A DNA stretch of 61,378 nt, filler included, from Choristocarpus tenellus KU-1152 (GCA_964200185.2; 7 parts of 7 records of this genome joined end to end with filler, not necessarily neighbours in it), one strand, 5' to 3'. Shown: positions 1-13,857, counted from the first letter of the whole stretch. Made by a program: numbers and translations. Notes: generated by a model from the sequence alone, not told the origin.

Positions 1-631
1 GGGTGGGGGGGGGGGGGTTTACCCTCACATTAGGAGCAGAGTTAGTCGCTGATTACCCCCTATCTACCGAATGTGGGCAGCACATTTCCGCTGTTGTTTT
101 AAATTGAGGCAGTCTTACTCACGGGTCTGGAACCCCTCACACTAATGTGAAGGTTTTATGATCGCAACAACAGTAATATCAGCAATAAAATTTGCTGAGC
201 ACTAGTTTTTGCAGGCCTCCTTTCCAGACTGGGGCCATGGGCTGCGGACCGGCTCTGCTACCAAATATTATTATGCACATTTTTCTTGGTCTGGCCAGTG
301 TCAGAAACGTTTTGCACACAAGGACCCCCTCTTCCGATTCGTTTTCGAGATAAGGTCGTTGCATAGAACAATAACTTTGTGAGTACATAAAATGTGAAGT
401 GTTAAGTGTAAGTACCGTAATAATCAAATATGGCGTTCAATAATCGCTATTAGCACGGTATAGTTCCGGGACTAGTGTCGCTTTAGAGGCCTGTGCAGTA
501 CTGCTTGCGACTTCTTCTTTGTGGAAGGATGTGCAGGAGGCGTGTCTGAAATATTACTTCGAATGTGACTTTCTTGCTCTCAACAACTAACTGTGCACGC
601 TGTGTGCTCTATGTTATTTTGCCTTCCCATC

Positions 632-633
632 TA

Positions 634-670
<37 letters not shown>

Positions 671-672
671 GT
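632..672. repeat. (TATGTG)n microsatellite
   Basis: About 7 perfect hexamer copies read directly. Confidence 0.95.
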
Positions 673-1273
673 GAGCAATGTGCATGGTGAAATCAGGGTG
701 TCCTCGTATGTATGTATACACTTGTGTACCACTTGTGTGATGGTTCCAACACCATCAGGGTGCGATCGTCTAGTGCGCACACACTAATACACGCACTGTC
801 TCAAGAACTAGGGGTTTCATATGCCCTGATACGCCTTTTTATGTCTCCGACGTGAGAGATCTTAGCCCGGCTATGTGGGGCCTTCACATGTCCTGCGTGA
901 TGTAGGGCGTATTTTAGCATCTAGGTATCATTTTTTAACGACCCAGTCAATTTACAACACTGCATGGATTGCCGTGTTCCGACCGAGCAATAGATCCAAA
1001 CTAACCCTGCAACTACAATAGTGTTCTATTCAGCAGAGTTAGCCCACCATGACCAGGCCTTTCTATCACACTGTATTTCAGTATGGCCGGCCTTGAACCC
1101 GAGGTCTGGTCCCATTAATTTTCCTGACAGTCTTGGAAAGGCCCTTTTTCAGAAGGTATTTTTAAAGGACTGGCCTGTGGTTCTGGCCCCTTAACTGACT
1201 TTTGCCTGGTGTGGTGAAAAGCACTGATACTGTGATCATGTGTACATATATATATATATATATGTATATATGC

Positions 1274-1532
1274 GACCCAAATCATTTTAGAGGGGTAGGA
1301 TCGTGTCCGTTTGGGGTCATAAATCCAATGTTGTGATTTTGATGAATGTTGTCTATCATGTTGGTTAGGAAGTGTCAATATCCTTGTTCCAGACACACCT
1401 TTCATAGTTGTATTAATTTTGAGGTAACTGTGTTCATACGGAAAACTGAAAAGGGCTTTGAAAACCCGTGGGAAGCCAAACCCTGAACGGACAATCAGGG
1501 CAAAGTTCCTACCCTCTTATATTCTTTCCTTG
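1274..1532 (+). mobile_element. Degenerate MITE family A copy (Sola2-type non-autonomous)
   Basis: Internal blocks (aaatccaatgttgtgattttgatg; ttaggaagtgtcaatatccttgttccagacacac; gggaagccaaaccc) match the 6906-7164 copy; TIRs are eroded. Confidence 0.8.
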
Positions 1533-1941
1533 AATAAGGAAACTGGTAACAACCTCAACCATAGTCTCAGTAAAGGATCAGCATTCCCCACCCCTCCCCT
1601 CTAGCCCTCTTTGTGTTGTAGTGAAGATGATGACCTGATGTTAGCAGAGGTATTTGTGTATGAAGGTCTCAATTTCATTTGTGTCAGATTGTTTTTCGAT
1701 TTATTTTATATCATTAATATATATATTTGTTTCTGTTATTTGAAGGTGTGTTTTCATGTAGAGTCAAACCTGTAGGTTACCACAGCATCTGCACCCTATC
1801 CCTTCCCGTCCCTCCCCAATGCCCGTTTCAATCCTTCCCGTTCAAAACTCATCTTTGCTGGGGGGGGGGTGGAAGGGAGTGAGATGGAGATCAGATTAGA
1901 GATAGGTTTTTTTAATACTCAGTACAATATTACTGGTTCAC

Positions 1942-2505
1942 TTATCCTATATCTTTCCCTATCCCTCCCCCCCCCCCCCCCCCCTCCTCTGATTTTTTTT
2001 TTGAGATTTCTTTTTGTTTTAGTATTTTTTTTTNNNNNNNNNNCCCCCTACCCCCTATGTAATTTTTTATGGTAAGGCTTTTTTGGTGTATACCATTATA
2101 TGTCCACTGACTTTTGCGCATTCTGATCTTGTTTATTAATAATTTGAAGGCAAATGAGCCTGTATTTGCTCCAAAGTGCCTATGTCTTCTCTCCTGCTGG
2201 CCGTACTTTGGACCATTCCGGGAATGGTTCCTGAACCTGTACCGGGTGTCACTCTCGCCTTCCAAGGTGAGTTGGGAATGCCGTGTTTGTACCAGTCCAT
2301 GCACTTGATAGCCAAAAATACAGCCTTGTAAAAGTGCAGGTCTTTTTTCTACTGCCCTATTCTCTGACGGAAAATAGCTACACGATTTCAGTACTCTGTC
2401 ATTGATGTGGATGAGCCACGACCAAATTGGGTACTTCTCCTTGATGGGAGAAAGAGAAGTAGCTCTCTGAAAAAAGTTTAGTAGTGTCTTGATTTTGTCT
2501 TGCAA
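1942..2505 (-). pseudogene. Possible LINE remnant (start of an APE-type endonuclease)
   Basis: ORF ends in MRKSQWTYNGIHQKSLTIKNYI, loosely like the xQWNxNG start of LINE ORF2 endonucleases; it runs into an N gap. Weak. Confidence 0.2.
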
Positions 2506-3410
2506 GCGCTTTTATCTTCTCTTTTTTGTTTTCTTTTACTTTTGAGGCGATAGGGAAATGTACAAGAGGCTTTCGATTATGTAGTAGTGCTGTGCAACGA
2601 GCTTGCAGTGTTATCGTTATTGTTATTATTAATTAATGGTTGTATTTTGCAAGGAGTTTCTGGGGACAATGAGTGAGTGGTTTGAGGGTGTGCCATGCTT
2701 CCTTTTTGTGCATTTTGGGCCTCTCTGTTTTTTCCAGAAAATAACCCTTTTAAGACTGTGTATGCCTGACAGGTGGAACAGAGGGCTGGCAGTTGGTAGA
2801 AGGGGAGAAGGGGGCTTGGTGGGCTGTAAGAGGCAGGGCATCAAATATTGATGCGATATAGTGGGGGGGGTATGGTATAACCACAAGAGAAACAAACAGC
2901 ACTACTTTTGCTTATAAAATACATTCAAACCATCGTATCGACTGACAGTACTCCTCATTTTTACATGGTCCACTCACCAGTTCTTCAAAATTAGGAGTGT
3001 ACACCAGTATTGAGGTTTCCATACATCTGTGGTAGGCGTTGGCATTGATTTTGTTGCATTCGCCTTGTCTGATCCGAAACCGCTAAGGCTCACTCTCGAT
3101 AAACAAATCAACCTATGTAAGCATCTACTGCGGCCTACTAAGGGAAGTGCCCTTGCAGCGGTAGACCGACTGTGACTGCAGTGTCTACAATTCAGTTGAA
3201 TTCTCAAGACATGAGCATAGGATCTAGCGCGAGGCGCTAACATTGATTTAAGGGGTCAAGTGTCGCACTGGATCGTGTAGATCCAGGAAGATATCAGAAG
3301 GGCATTGCGATTGAAGGGCCAGCATATCATCAGGGAAAGAGGCTGATGCGAGCTTGTCTGGGCGAGGCGCACACGAAGGGGAAAGGTCTGCGGGTTGATA
3401 GCAATGGCCC

Positions 3411-5050
3411 ATGGTCGAAATGTCAACTTGTATCGATAACCCCGTTTTGCGCTCCTTGATGGGGGAGAAGGCGCGAACCTATTTGAGCGAAAAACTGCTG
3501 TATAAGGAGAAAGTCCGCCAACAGGAGCAATTGCAGGGCCTGTGGGTGTTGCGTGTCCACCTAAAGGATACCGTGAAGATGAATACCTTGCGTACTTTAT
3601 TTCTAGATGTGTTGAAGTGCCAGGACCAGGTTTTGGAAGGTCTACAAGAGTTGGCGAGGGTCTCGGTGACCAATCGAACCCTAGATATGGGAGAGATCGA
3701 GGCCCAGTTCCATAAACTTGCCAAGATGGGAAACGCAGCCTCTGCCTGTGATCGGGTGCATCTCATGAGAGAGGCACTAGAGAACTGCATGGTCAATTGT
3801 CATCTGGATGGAGTCTTTCACCTCAATTTTGGGGATGAGACCGAAAGCTGGCAACCTGGTGCGACCAATTGTTGTCTGGGGCGATCCTCGCAGGGATAAG
3901 ACTTGTGGATATCAGGGACCAGGTGCTTGGGGAGGTGAGGTGATGAAGTGGCATCTTGACATCATCCCTGATGAATTGTTTGACCTCCTGCTCGGAGAAG
4001 CCTGTATGTCTTGCACCTTCAAGCACTCTATAATATCCCGGGTCAAGCATTGCCCTTGCCATGCCTGCATGTCCGTCACCATGGATGATGGCTTGCAGGG
4101 TACAATTGGAGAGGTCGCCATACCTCTTCACCTGGTGCTACATACGCCACACAGAGCTAGCCAGCTTGGAACAAGACCATTGCAATCCTCCATGGCGCTG
4201 AGGATGTACGTGTTCATTGTGGCAAGCAAGGCCCTCCGATATATACTGCGGCTGGATTTACAACAGGTGCTTCTCGACTCTGCCCAGGGAATGACTAGCT
4301 TCGCCTACAACCAGTCAGATTGGAGATGCCCCAGGAGCACGGTGCATGAATGCGACCTGTCAACCGCATGGCTGGAAACACGGGGTAAGCCGTGAGGGAT
4401 GTCAATGTTTCCCCACCCCATACGCTGGAGCCACCACAGGACCTCAAGATGGAGCTCAAGGAATGGAATCAAGAGACTGGTGTGCCTCATTGCGCATGGT
4501 TTCTCATGTGCCATGTGACCCGTAAGCCTGCAGGTGATTTTCCTGTAGTGTAGGGACTCAAACTTGAGGCTACTGTGGAACCTGCGAGGGTGGTGAAAAA
4601 GGTGGCGGCAATGCCTGTTGAGGTCAAGTCCCATGGCTACAACCCTGACAACCAGAACATGCTGGTTGATTCAATGGAGTTGCTAGTAATGATGTGGATG
4701 TTGATCTGTTGGAGGAACTTTCTCTCTAGATGGGGGGCTGTGCCTCCAGTGGCTGAATAGAGTGTGGTATGGATGCCTTTGCGGGGATGCCTTTGCAGGT
4801 TGCAAGGGATGTCACCCTGCCATCATTTGTGATAATTCCAGTGGAATGACAAGTGGCAAGAGCGGCTCTCAGGGGTGCAGTCAAGGATAACTGCATCTGG
4901 TCTTCCCTGAAGGAGTTACATAAAATGGTGCTGGAGTGAGTGAAGTATCCACATCGTCCAATGCAGTTTTGGGCTGTGTATATCTTTCAAGCCCTGGAAT
5001 ATGAAGTTTCAGTATGACAAGATAAGGTGTACCCCAATGGTTTCTTGCGC
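3411..5050 (+). mobile_element. Decayed LTR-retrotransposon (Ty3/Gypsy-like) gag region
   Basis: ORF 3411-3899 resembles stramenopile Gypsy gag from memory (P-x-L-x-S...KD-x-V...F-x-K-x-x-KM...DRV). Degenerate zinc knuckle at about 4207-4250 (xVHCGKQGPPIY). Multiple frameshifts downstream. Confidence 0.4.
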
Positions 5051-5460
5051 AAACGCCAGTATCACAGTCACACCGACTGCTGGCCCCAGTCGATCCCTGC
5101 TTACTTCCCTGGCTTGGTTGGGATGTTTTGTGCTTGTTTGATGGTAATCTCTTGTACTGGCAAAATCCCTTGCGCTGGGCCGAAGGGGTAAGAGTTAGGT
5201 GCGATATCCCCTGCAGTGTTTTTCATGCCTTTTATTGTTCATCTTGCCATCACCTGGAACTAGTCCTCTCCCTTAGAGTGTCAAGTATCGTTTGTACTGA
5301 TTTTTGATGCAGTCGTACAGTCAGAAAGTATGATTCTTTAATGCAATAATGAGGCCAACTAGAGCGAGTGCTCTGGTTGCTCTGTGCCCTTACCTTTTCT
5401 GGGTTATTCCACTGCTCACAACGATCGGCTGATGATCCTCTCCCATCTTTGCTCTTCCCC

Positions 5461-5493
<33 letters not shown>

Positions 5494-5505
5494 CCCCTCC
5501 AGCCC

Positions 5506-5605
5506 NNNNNNNNNNNNNNNNNNNNNNNNNNNNNNNNNNNNNNNNNNNNTTAATTAATTAANNNNNNNNNNNNNNNNNNNNNNNNNNNNNNNNNNNNNNN
5601 NNNNN
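5506..5605. other. Artificial contig linker
   Basis: 100 bp: Ns flanking TTAATTAATTAA (stops in all six frames). Identical linkers at 11879-11978, 27553-27652, 34256-34355, 37089-37188 and 54047-54146. Confidence 0.98.
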
Positions 5606-5659
5606 CAATCTCGCCAGGTTTATCACCTTTATGTTCTTTGATGATTTTGGGGATACTTT

Positions 5660-6240
5660 ATCAACTGTATCCTGTGACGTTTAGGAGGGATATTCCCAAT
5701 GGCGGCAAAGGTATGCATGAATCACACTTGTGATTTGGAAGATCGGAACAAGGGACCCATTATTTGTAGGCCATGTGGGAGATGTATGCTTTTTCAACCA
5801 CAACTTCAAAAGGAATAGGTACATACTCGGATTAGGCCAGATGCCACCTGAATGCGATTGTATCCTGTGACTTTTAGGATGGACACTTCCAAAGGAAACA
5901 AGGATACACATTAATCACATTTATGATTAGGGAGATTGGAACTGGGGGCCCGTTTATTCTAGACCATGTCAGAGAATTGTGCTATGTAACGTTTTCAGGC
6001 AGACCTCCAAAAGAACAAGTGAACACTCAGATTAGGTCAGATGCAAACTGAATTTGATGGTATTCTGTGACCTTTGGGACAGATTCTCCCAAGGAAAACA
6101 AGAATATCCATTGATCTATGTGGGTCTAGTCGGAGTTGATTACGTTTTAAATGAAAATGTAAATCTAATCTGATTTGGTCAAACGTACATGGACTCTGAC
6201 TGTGTCTTACGACTACTGGAGATCATCATCCCTAAAGAAC
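5660..6240. repeat. Degenerate ~200-bp tandem repeat (3-4 copies)
   Basis: The motif tgtatcctgtgac..tt.gga recurs at about 5666, 5859 and 6059; attagg.cagatgc.a.ctgaat recurs at 5831 and 6031. Confidence 0.6.
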
Positions 6241-6905
6241 AAGAGATATGTCGATCAGTGTTGGAAAAAACTGACTAAGTTTGAACTGGAGTCCCTGTGA
6301 AACCCATTTAGAGTCCCTGTATTGGAAACAACCGGCTAAATCGGAACTGTATCCCCCTCTGTCATCTAATGGCAACCAATACATGCTACTGCAGCACGAT
6401 TAAGGTGATAGCCTGATATCTATTATCTTAACCCATGACAATGACATGTGGTAAGCATGAACATGTATACCTAGTTCACGCTGGGGGGCATATGTTTCAT
6501 GCGAATAGCATGTCTGCTTTTGTGCTCTAGTCCTTGCTATGTCATTCCGTATTCTATGTGATAGACAGTTTTTCTTTGTTTGTGTGTGTTGATAATTGTG
6601 GAGGGGGAGAGTCTTTCTATGACACTCCCTATTTTGATTATGTTGTAAGATATTTTCTTTTATTTGTTTTATGTTCATAGTTCCAAGGGAGGGCAAGCCT
6701 TTCCATGGCAGCACCTTTCCTCTCTGTGACTGTGAGACATTATGTTGGTGTGCTGTAGTTGTTTGTGTTTATAGTTCTGAAGAGGAGAGTCTATGGCAGT
6801 ACCCTAGTTCAGTGCTACTGTGATTTTGTATCTGCATTTGTGTTGATAGTTGTGAATGGGGAGAGTCTTGTTATGACACTCCCTATTTTTATCTTATTTT
6901 GAGAC

Positions 6906-7164
6906 GAGTCAAAGTATCTTAGAGGGCAGGGCTGCGTCCATTTCGGGGCCAAAATCCAATGTTTCGATTTTGATGTAATTTTGACTGTCGTGTTGGTTAG
7001 GAAGTGTCAATATCCATGTTCCAGACACATCTTTTCATAACGCATACATTTTACCCACTCCTAAACGTTTTGGAGTAGGAAAAGGTCATAATAAAACTCC
7101 ATGGGAAGCCAAACCCAAAATGGACAAACAGGGCAAACTCGTACCCCCTAAGATACTTTCACTC
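6906..7164 (+). mobile_element. MITE family A (259 bp), Sola2-type
   Basis: TIRs GAGTCAAAGTATCTTAGAGGG / CCCCTAAGATACTTTCACTC; perfect 4-bp TSD AGAC. Confidence 0.92.
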
Positions 7165-7461
7165 AGACATTTGTCTGTATTTGTTTGTATGTTCTTAATT
7201 CCCGGGAAGGTCAAGCCTTTCCACGGCAGCAACCTATTTCTGTTTGTGGCGGTGAGAAATTGCCTTGGTGTTCTGTAGTTGTTTATGCTTATAGTCTGAA
7301 GGGGGAGAGTCTATGGCAGTACCCTACATCAGTGTTATTGTGATTTTGTGCCTATATTTAATTTATGTTTATAGTTCTGAAGGGAAGAGTGTATGGCAGT
7401 ACCCTAGTTCAGTGCTACTATGATTTTGTGTATGTATTTGTGTTGAGAGTTTTGAAGGAGT

Positions 7462-7640
7462 GGGTCAAAGTATCTGGGGGGGGTGTCGGCGTCCGTTTTT
7501 CACCCATTTTTCGATTTTCACTTTTTTGGTGTGATTTGGTCGCACGTGTGTCAGATTTAAAATGTCAGCAAGAAAAAGAGCTGTTTGACCTAAACGGACG
7601 CCCCTCACAAACCAGCCCCCCCCCCCAGATACTTTGACCC
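7462..7640 (+). mobile_element. MITE family B (179 bp)
   Basis: TIRs GGGTCAAAGTATCTGGGGGGG / CCCCCCAGATACTTTGACCC; flanks GAGT/GGGT (one mismatch). Confidence 0.88.
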
Positions 7641-10600
7641 GGGTGTGGAGTCTTACTATGGTAGTACCCTACTATTTTGTTATTTGTTTACATGTTAATA
7701 GTCCTTGAGGAGGGAGAGCCTTTCTCTGGGAACACTCTCTGTCTCTGTGATCGTCGGATATTATTATTATTTTTCGTCTGTATTTCTTTGTGTTCCATGG
7801 CTTTGAAATGGGGAGAGTCCTTTAGACAGTACCCTATTTTTGACACGAGTGTGAGACTCTGGTGTAGAATGTTTTCTCTTGGACGCTAAGTCATATGAAG
7901 AGTGAGTGCCGTGAGGTGTGAGTGTCATGCTAGCATAACTGTTGTCAGGGCAAACGTTGGAAGGGTTTTTTCCCTCCAGGTTTCCTCCTCTGCTGGATCC
8001 CTAACGCCGCCAACAGATGTTAGGAACTGGAAGTGACGTTCATTTAATTTCTGTTATGTTCATGATAGATGAGGAGCGACATGTTATTTCCTTGTCCAAT
8101 CTCCTGTTCTTCGCATTGAGGCAGTTATGCTTCATGCTAGGGGGGCATGTTACAGGCGGTAAGTCTTGATGGCAGTTTCATAAGCGCCATTATGACCTTG
8201 AAGTCCTAGATCTTATATATTTGTACTTCTTGACCATTTGTCATATTATTTGGTCATCATGGTGCTCGATAGAGATAAGACATCGTTGACCAGTTCCTTT
8301 TATGCGATATTGATACTTATGAAGAGAATAATCCAAGTGAGAGATCCAGCATACTTGACGACTTGTGCATCAGGAGTCCTGTATGTGCATCAGCATTATC
8401 TGTAAGGTTGTGCACTGGAGCTACACATCCTGCGGAGGTAAGCTATGGACCATGCAGTAACAACGCTTCAGTAATGAGGCCAATTTCTGGCAGTGGTCTG
8501 CACTCACAAACCAATACCGACCAATTCCCACCAATAGGCTGGATCCTCTCACATTCCAATAACGCGAATTTTTCCCAAGTGTATCCACTCAGAGACCGAT
8601 GCAGCCAATTTCCGCCAATGGTATTCATTCATACGCTAATGCAGCTAATTTCTTTATGTTCAACTCCTACACCCATCCTCCCAAAATATGTATCTCCATC
8701 CACGACACACCAAGAGTAGCCCACGATCATCCTTGAAGCTCCAATTTTATCCACTTCCATACTGCGTGTGCCTTTGAACTAGAAAAAGTCTTCCCTGCGT
8801 GAACTTGACCTCCATACCCCCTCCCCCCCCCAATATCCCTTTCAATCAAGACGGAGGGAGGGTAGTGGAAAAGATTGCTCAGGAGTTGCTTTGAGCCCGC
8901 CCCTCCTAGTATTTCTTTCATAAAACCTTTTAACTCTGTCCTGTTCTTCGGTTTAATCCTCCTTAGCCTTTGTTTGCCTGTTATCCCCATCCATTCTATT
9001 GACTCGTTCAACTAACAAGTCTCTCTTTGAGTGAAGTTTTAGCTTCTTGTCCACCTCCTGTTCTTCTTTTTCTTTGTCGGATTGTTACCTGATTTTTAAA
9101 TTCCTTTCAACCCCTACGAATTCTCATGCACACAACGGTCAGGTTATTTAAACAAATGTCACTTTGTGTATTGAGTTATTGAAGGAAAGTAAATACTGTG
9201 AGACTAGAAGTGGGCAGTACAAATGCCAGTTTCTTCAGTACTTCCACTAGGGCAAAACAAAAAAATGAATACAAAACAACACCCCTCTACTTCCAAAATG
9301 TCCTTCGATTCTCTGGTAATATTATGTTCTCTTTTTCTTCCATTACTTTGTTTTTATTTTTGGTCTTTGTCTACTTTTCTCACTGTTACTATTTTGCCTG
9401 CTTTGGACCACTTTTTCAACCAGACGTCTGGGATGCCTCAAACTAATAATGCGATGAAAAATAAATGTAAAATTATACCTTACCCAGATCCCCAGATATA
9501 TCCACAGTGAACATTATATGTGTAATATATATATATATATGTATAACCCTAACCCTAACTCCCTCAAAGCAATAAAAAATAAAATATGTATATTTCTATG
9601 GGAAGACATATGTACGTGCGTATGGCCTGGTTATTACTACGTCGCTTGGGTCCTATTTTACTTTTTCACCAGACAGGTGATCGAAATGTGGTCAGAAGGA
9701 AGGCAGCACAATGATGGTGGTATGCAAGCAACCAACCTCGAACATTTTCCTAGGAATCTCTGAGAGGGGCGAAGGGCCATGAAAACAACTAAATACTAAC
9801 AGACCCCAAAGCGCCATTTTCAGGAAGGCGTTAAAGACGAATAGCAAGCAGCTCAGACGGGTGAGGGCATCTGACTCACAGGAATTTCCTGACATACCTA
9901 CAAAAAAGATGAAAAAGCTTATCCACTGTGGGGTTGAAGTTGATTTCTATCATCTGCAACGAATCTGGAAATATTTTGAGAGAGCAAACACTCATTATAG
10001 GACAGTGGTGGAGATACTTTAAAGTGGTCCATAATAACAGGGCGGTCAACCTCAACCCTCATAGTGGTGAAGCCCTTGTCCATCGGTCAAAAAACATGCC
10101 ACTCGCTGATGTGACAAACGCCCACAGCTTACCATGATGGGATATGTAGCTTCCATTCACAAGCCTATGGGGTGATATAATGAGACTCGCAGGTGGTGCC
10201 ATAATGGAAATGTCATCAAATGTGCCGTATCTCTCACTTTAATTGTTCACTTTATAATTTGACTGACATATATAGGAAGAATCGAGACAAATAGGGAATG
10301 GATGGCCTCACAATGACAAAATAATAGGTAAATAGTCAAGAAGCACAACATACAAAATCTAGGGCTTCAAAAGCTCGTTATGGCATTTTTTAAAAACGCC
10401 ATTAAGATCCAATCACCTGGACACATTTGCCAACAAAGACGAAAGTGACTGAAGCAATATGTGCAATCAGAAATGGGAAGACCAAGGGTACAGACAATCA
10501 TCTAAGTGAGATCTTGAAGCATGGGCTCTGGGAAAAGTCCTCAAAATTTTTGAAGAATATTTCTCTATCTCTGCTTTTTGTCAGAGAAATATCTATATAC

Positions 10601-11725
10601 TGAACATACATTTGTTTGATGCTCTGACTTTGTTACAACAAGTATTGTCTTTGACCACAAGTCTTGGGTATGTTCTATGACGTACTTTCTCCATGATGAC
10701 AAATCTACCAAAAGTTTCATTGCATCTTGTATCGTATTAATACACAGATATCGTAATATGCAATGCTCGCTTAACACAACTTAGCGTTTAAGCACTATTC
10801 ACAACAAATCATTGTTATTCTGGCAACAGATGTAGTAGTATCATGTTGATTACCCTGGACAACGAGTATTATGGAGCAAATTGACTCAAGCTTTTTTACC
10901 GAACAATGGATGCTATGGAGCAAACAGCCCCAATTTTTGTCTAGGAAAACAGATCTGATGGTTGTATGCGTTTCTTCTTCTATTTGTCCCTTGCTTTGGA
11001 TTAAAATAAGCCGAAGTATTTGATACGTAGGCAGGTTGCATTTTAAGGATACCAAGAAAAGGAAAAAAATACCCAATATTGTAAAATTGGAAAAAGAGTC
11101 TTCGCTGAAATGTGCTATCACTTTGTACATGGAAAGGGGATATATATCAATTTTGCGTATACTAGTGTCCTCATAAAACAATGAAATAGGATATTCCACA
11201 GGGCAAGAAAGACGAATTAGAATGCAAAGATCCCAAAACTGTCTACCTCTCAATTTCTTGGGCTCTAACATAAAGCTACTGGCGGGTATTAGGAAAATGG
11301 TCCCCCTGTACGTGACCTTATACTCATCAGTCTGACGATCTGCTGATGGTGCGACTAGTGTAGGTATGGAGTGGTGACATAATTTTGTGCTTTTTTGGTC
11401 AGCAGGAATATTTAGTGTTGGAAGTGGTAGGATCAAGGAAGGAACCAAATAGTGAGATGTTCACTATCTTGGAAGTACTTTAAGATCTTGAAAAAATAAA
11501 TAAAAGCACAACATGGGACTTAACTTGTCCATCGAAAGCTTGACATCCGGAGATGTGTGCGCAGGCCAGGAAAATGTGCTGTTTAGAGGCCGAGTGAGGT
11601 GCTCGCATCCTGTGAAGTCTCTCACTACCAAGGTGATGGTAGCAGCGCAGTATGTCGAAAAACCCAATATTATCCTTACGTTATCTGTGCTAATACAAGT
11701 ATAACATAGGTTTCATATACGTTTA

Positions 11726-11878
11726 GGCTCAAATTATCTGGGAGGGGGTAGTGGCTGTCCATTTGGGGCCAATTTTTTCATCTTGCGGTTTTTGTGTGAT
11801 TTGGTTGCATACGTCGGATGGATAATGTAAGTGCACTTTTCCTGGCTATCGCCCAAATGGACAGCCTAGTGCAGACCC
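11726..11878 (+). mobile_element. MITE family C, truncated at contig end
   Basis: Matches 22910-23089 (ggctgtccatttggggcc...gtcggatggataa..taagtgcacttttcctgg). Another fragment lies at about 12045-12115. Confidence 0.85.
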
Positions 11879-12013
11879 NNNNNNNNNNNNNNNNNNNNNN
11901 NNNNNNNNNNNNNNNNNNNNNNTTAATTAATTAANNNNNNNNNNNNNNNNNNNNNNNNNNNNNNNNNNNNNNNNNNNNAAAAAAAGAAGGGGGGGCGGTG
12001 GGGGGCGACGCAG

Positions 12014-12047
<34 letters not shown>

Positions 12048-13857
12048 TCCACACCAGGGTGTCCATTTGGACCAATATCAGGAAAAGTGCATTTACATTA
12101 TCCATCCGACATATGAATAATTAGTGGGCCTATTTGAGTGACAACCTGTTGAAAGACTGTGAACTACTGAGGATCGTTAGAAAAGCATTCTTGAGATGTT
12201 GGTGCTCATATACATAATCTCTTGACCTGTTTGAGTGACAACTTATTGAGTTATCAACTGCTGGATCGGATCCCATAGAAACATTGCAAGGATCCGGATA
12301 GGATATTTGTTTCCTACCTTTTACTTTAAAATTGTGGCTTAGCTTATTATTTGAGTGACAATCTACCAAACTCAGGTTTGCTCACAAACGGGTCGGACAC
12401 CAATAAACTAGAAAAGGCCAAGAATAATTGTTCTTTTTCAGAGACAGCTAGACCCTATCTGCCTTCTTTATTTGCCTCAAAGAATTTGATATCTCCGATG
12501 TCTTTGGCAGAAAGAATTTACACCTTGAATGGCGGTTAGAACGACATGCTGTACTCATCTTTCCATGAGTGACTTGACCCAGGTTGGACGTGACTGTCAA
12601 GATTAAGACAGCTAGCGTGAAATCATGAAGGCTGCCGCGTATCAAGTCTCTGAGTATGTGCTGACTGGCAGTATGCTCTACGACCTCCAGCAAGACTTCG
12701 TATCCCTCTCCAGTTTGGCCCTGGTTTGCAAAACCGATACACCAATTGGTTCATCGAAATGGAAAGGGACCCTGGTGTGTCCGTCGCCTCCCTTCTTTCT
12801 TGCTTCTGTGAGTCTCCCAGGGTATGCCTTCGACTAAATCAGTCGTCAGGATTGCAGATGTACCAGATGGGTTTGGTGGAGGTGATGGCACCTTCTCTAG
12901 AGAAGGTTGTTGAGCATTGCCTTCGCATCCTCAAACTCGTACTTCTCTTTGCACACATCTTGTTTGATGCTGCCATGATAAGGACTTCTATATTGGCAAA
13001 TTCTCCTTTTGACTGTCGGCGTGATCCAATCAATCATGGGGGGTGTTCAGAATCACCACTTTGTCACAGATGGGTGCTTTCAGCAAACCCAAACCTCTCT
13101 CAACCATCAAAACTTTGGAGAAGTTCGAATGAAACCTTGGATCTGATTAATGACATCATATCCTTGCGACCGTCAACAGTAAGGGGTCTGAAAATTCTTA
13201 GTCTTCTACTTGATAGGCATGTCAATAACAACGAAGAAATGTGCAAGCAATACATGTGCGCGAGGATGTGGATTGGACTGAGATCACCTCCCAACCAATA
13301 TGACCTGTCATACCAATTTCTTTCCTTTATTTCTCTCTTCACAACAGAAATAACAGTTGTAACTTGTATAATATTTTCTTTGGTTGTTATAGCCCCACCC
13401 ACAAGTTAAACCTCTTTATGTGTACAATATGTGCAACTGGATGACATATATTCAGAGTTAAAACATTCATGAACTTGCTCTTCTCAAGGAGACAAGCCTC
13501 TACACAGAGCATGCATCTCTTCCTTTGAATTCACCAAGGAGACACCTCATCACTCTATAATTGTTAAACCTACAACTGTGCAGAGCATTTCCAAAGATTC
13601 ATCACTATGATTCCCTCAATGCTTCACTGCACTATGTCACGTTCACTCACATGACATGGAAATCACTGCAGGATTACACAGGTCCCTAATGAAGGCCTGA
13701 TCCCCTCTAGAATACTGTGAGTGTAAATCAATACTGCTTCTCGCCCAAAAGTACTCTTCTTACGCGATTTAAGTGGTATGCTCTGCTCTGCAATGAAATA
13801 GTTCCTTAACTGATATGAATACCGTCAAATATCTTCAAGTCAATATCACAGTTTCCT

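Larger units (their letters stand above)
6580..7860. repeat. Degenerate satellite, 74-97-bp units with ~250-bp trimer period, interrupted by two MITEs
   Basis: Recurring gt(g)tt.atagtt.tgaag.ggagagtct..atgg/acagtaccct units at about 6591, 6676, 6771, 6845, 7194, 7291, 7371, 7445, 7697 and 7795. Confidence 0.8.

Noticed and set aside
10795-11448. 217-aa minus-strand ORF
   Set aside because: No motif, non-ATG start, lies in decayed sequence.
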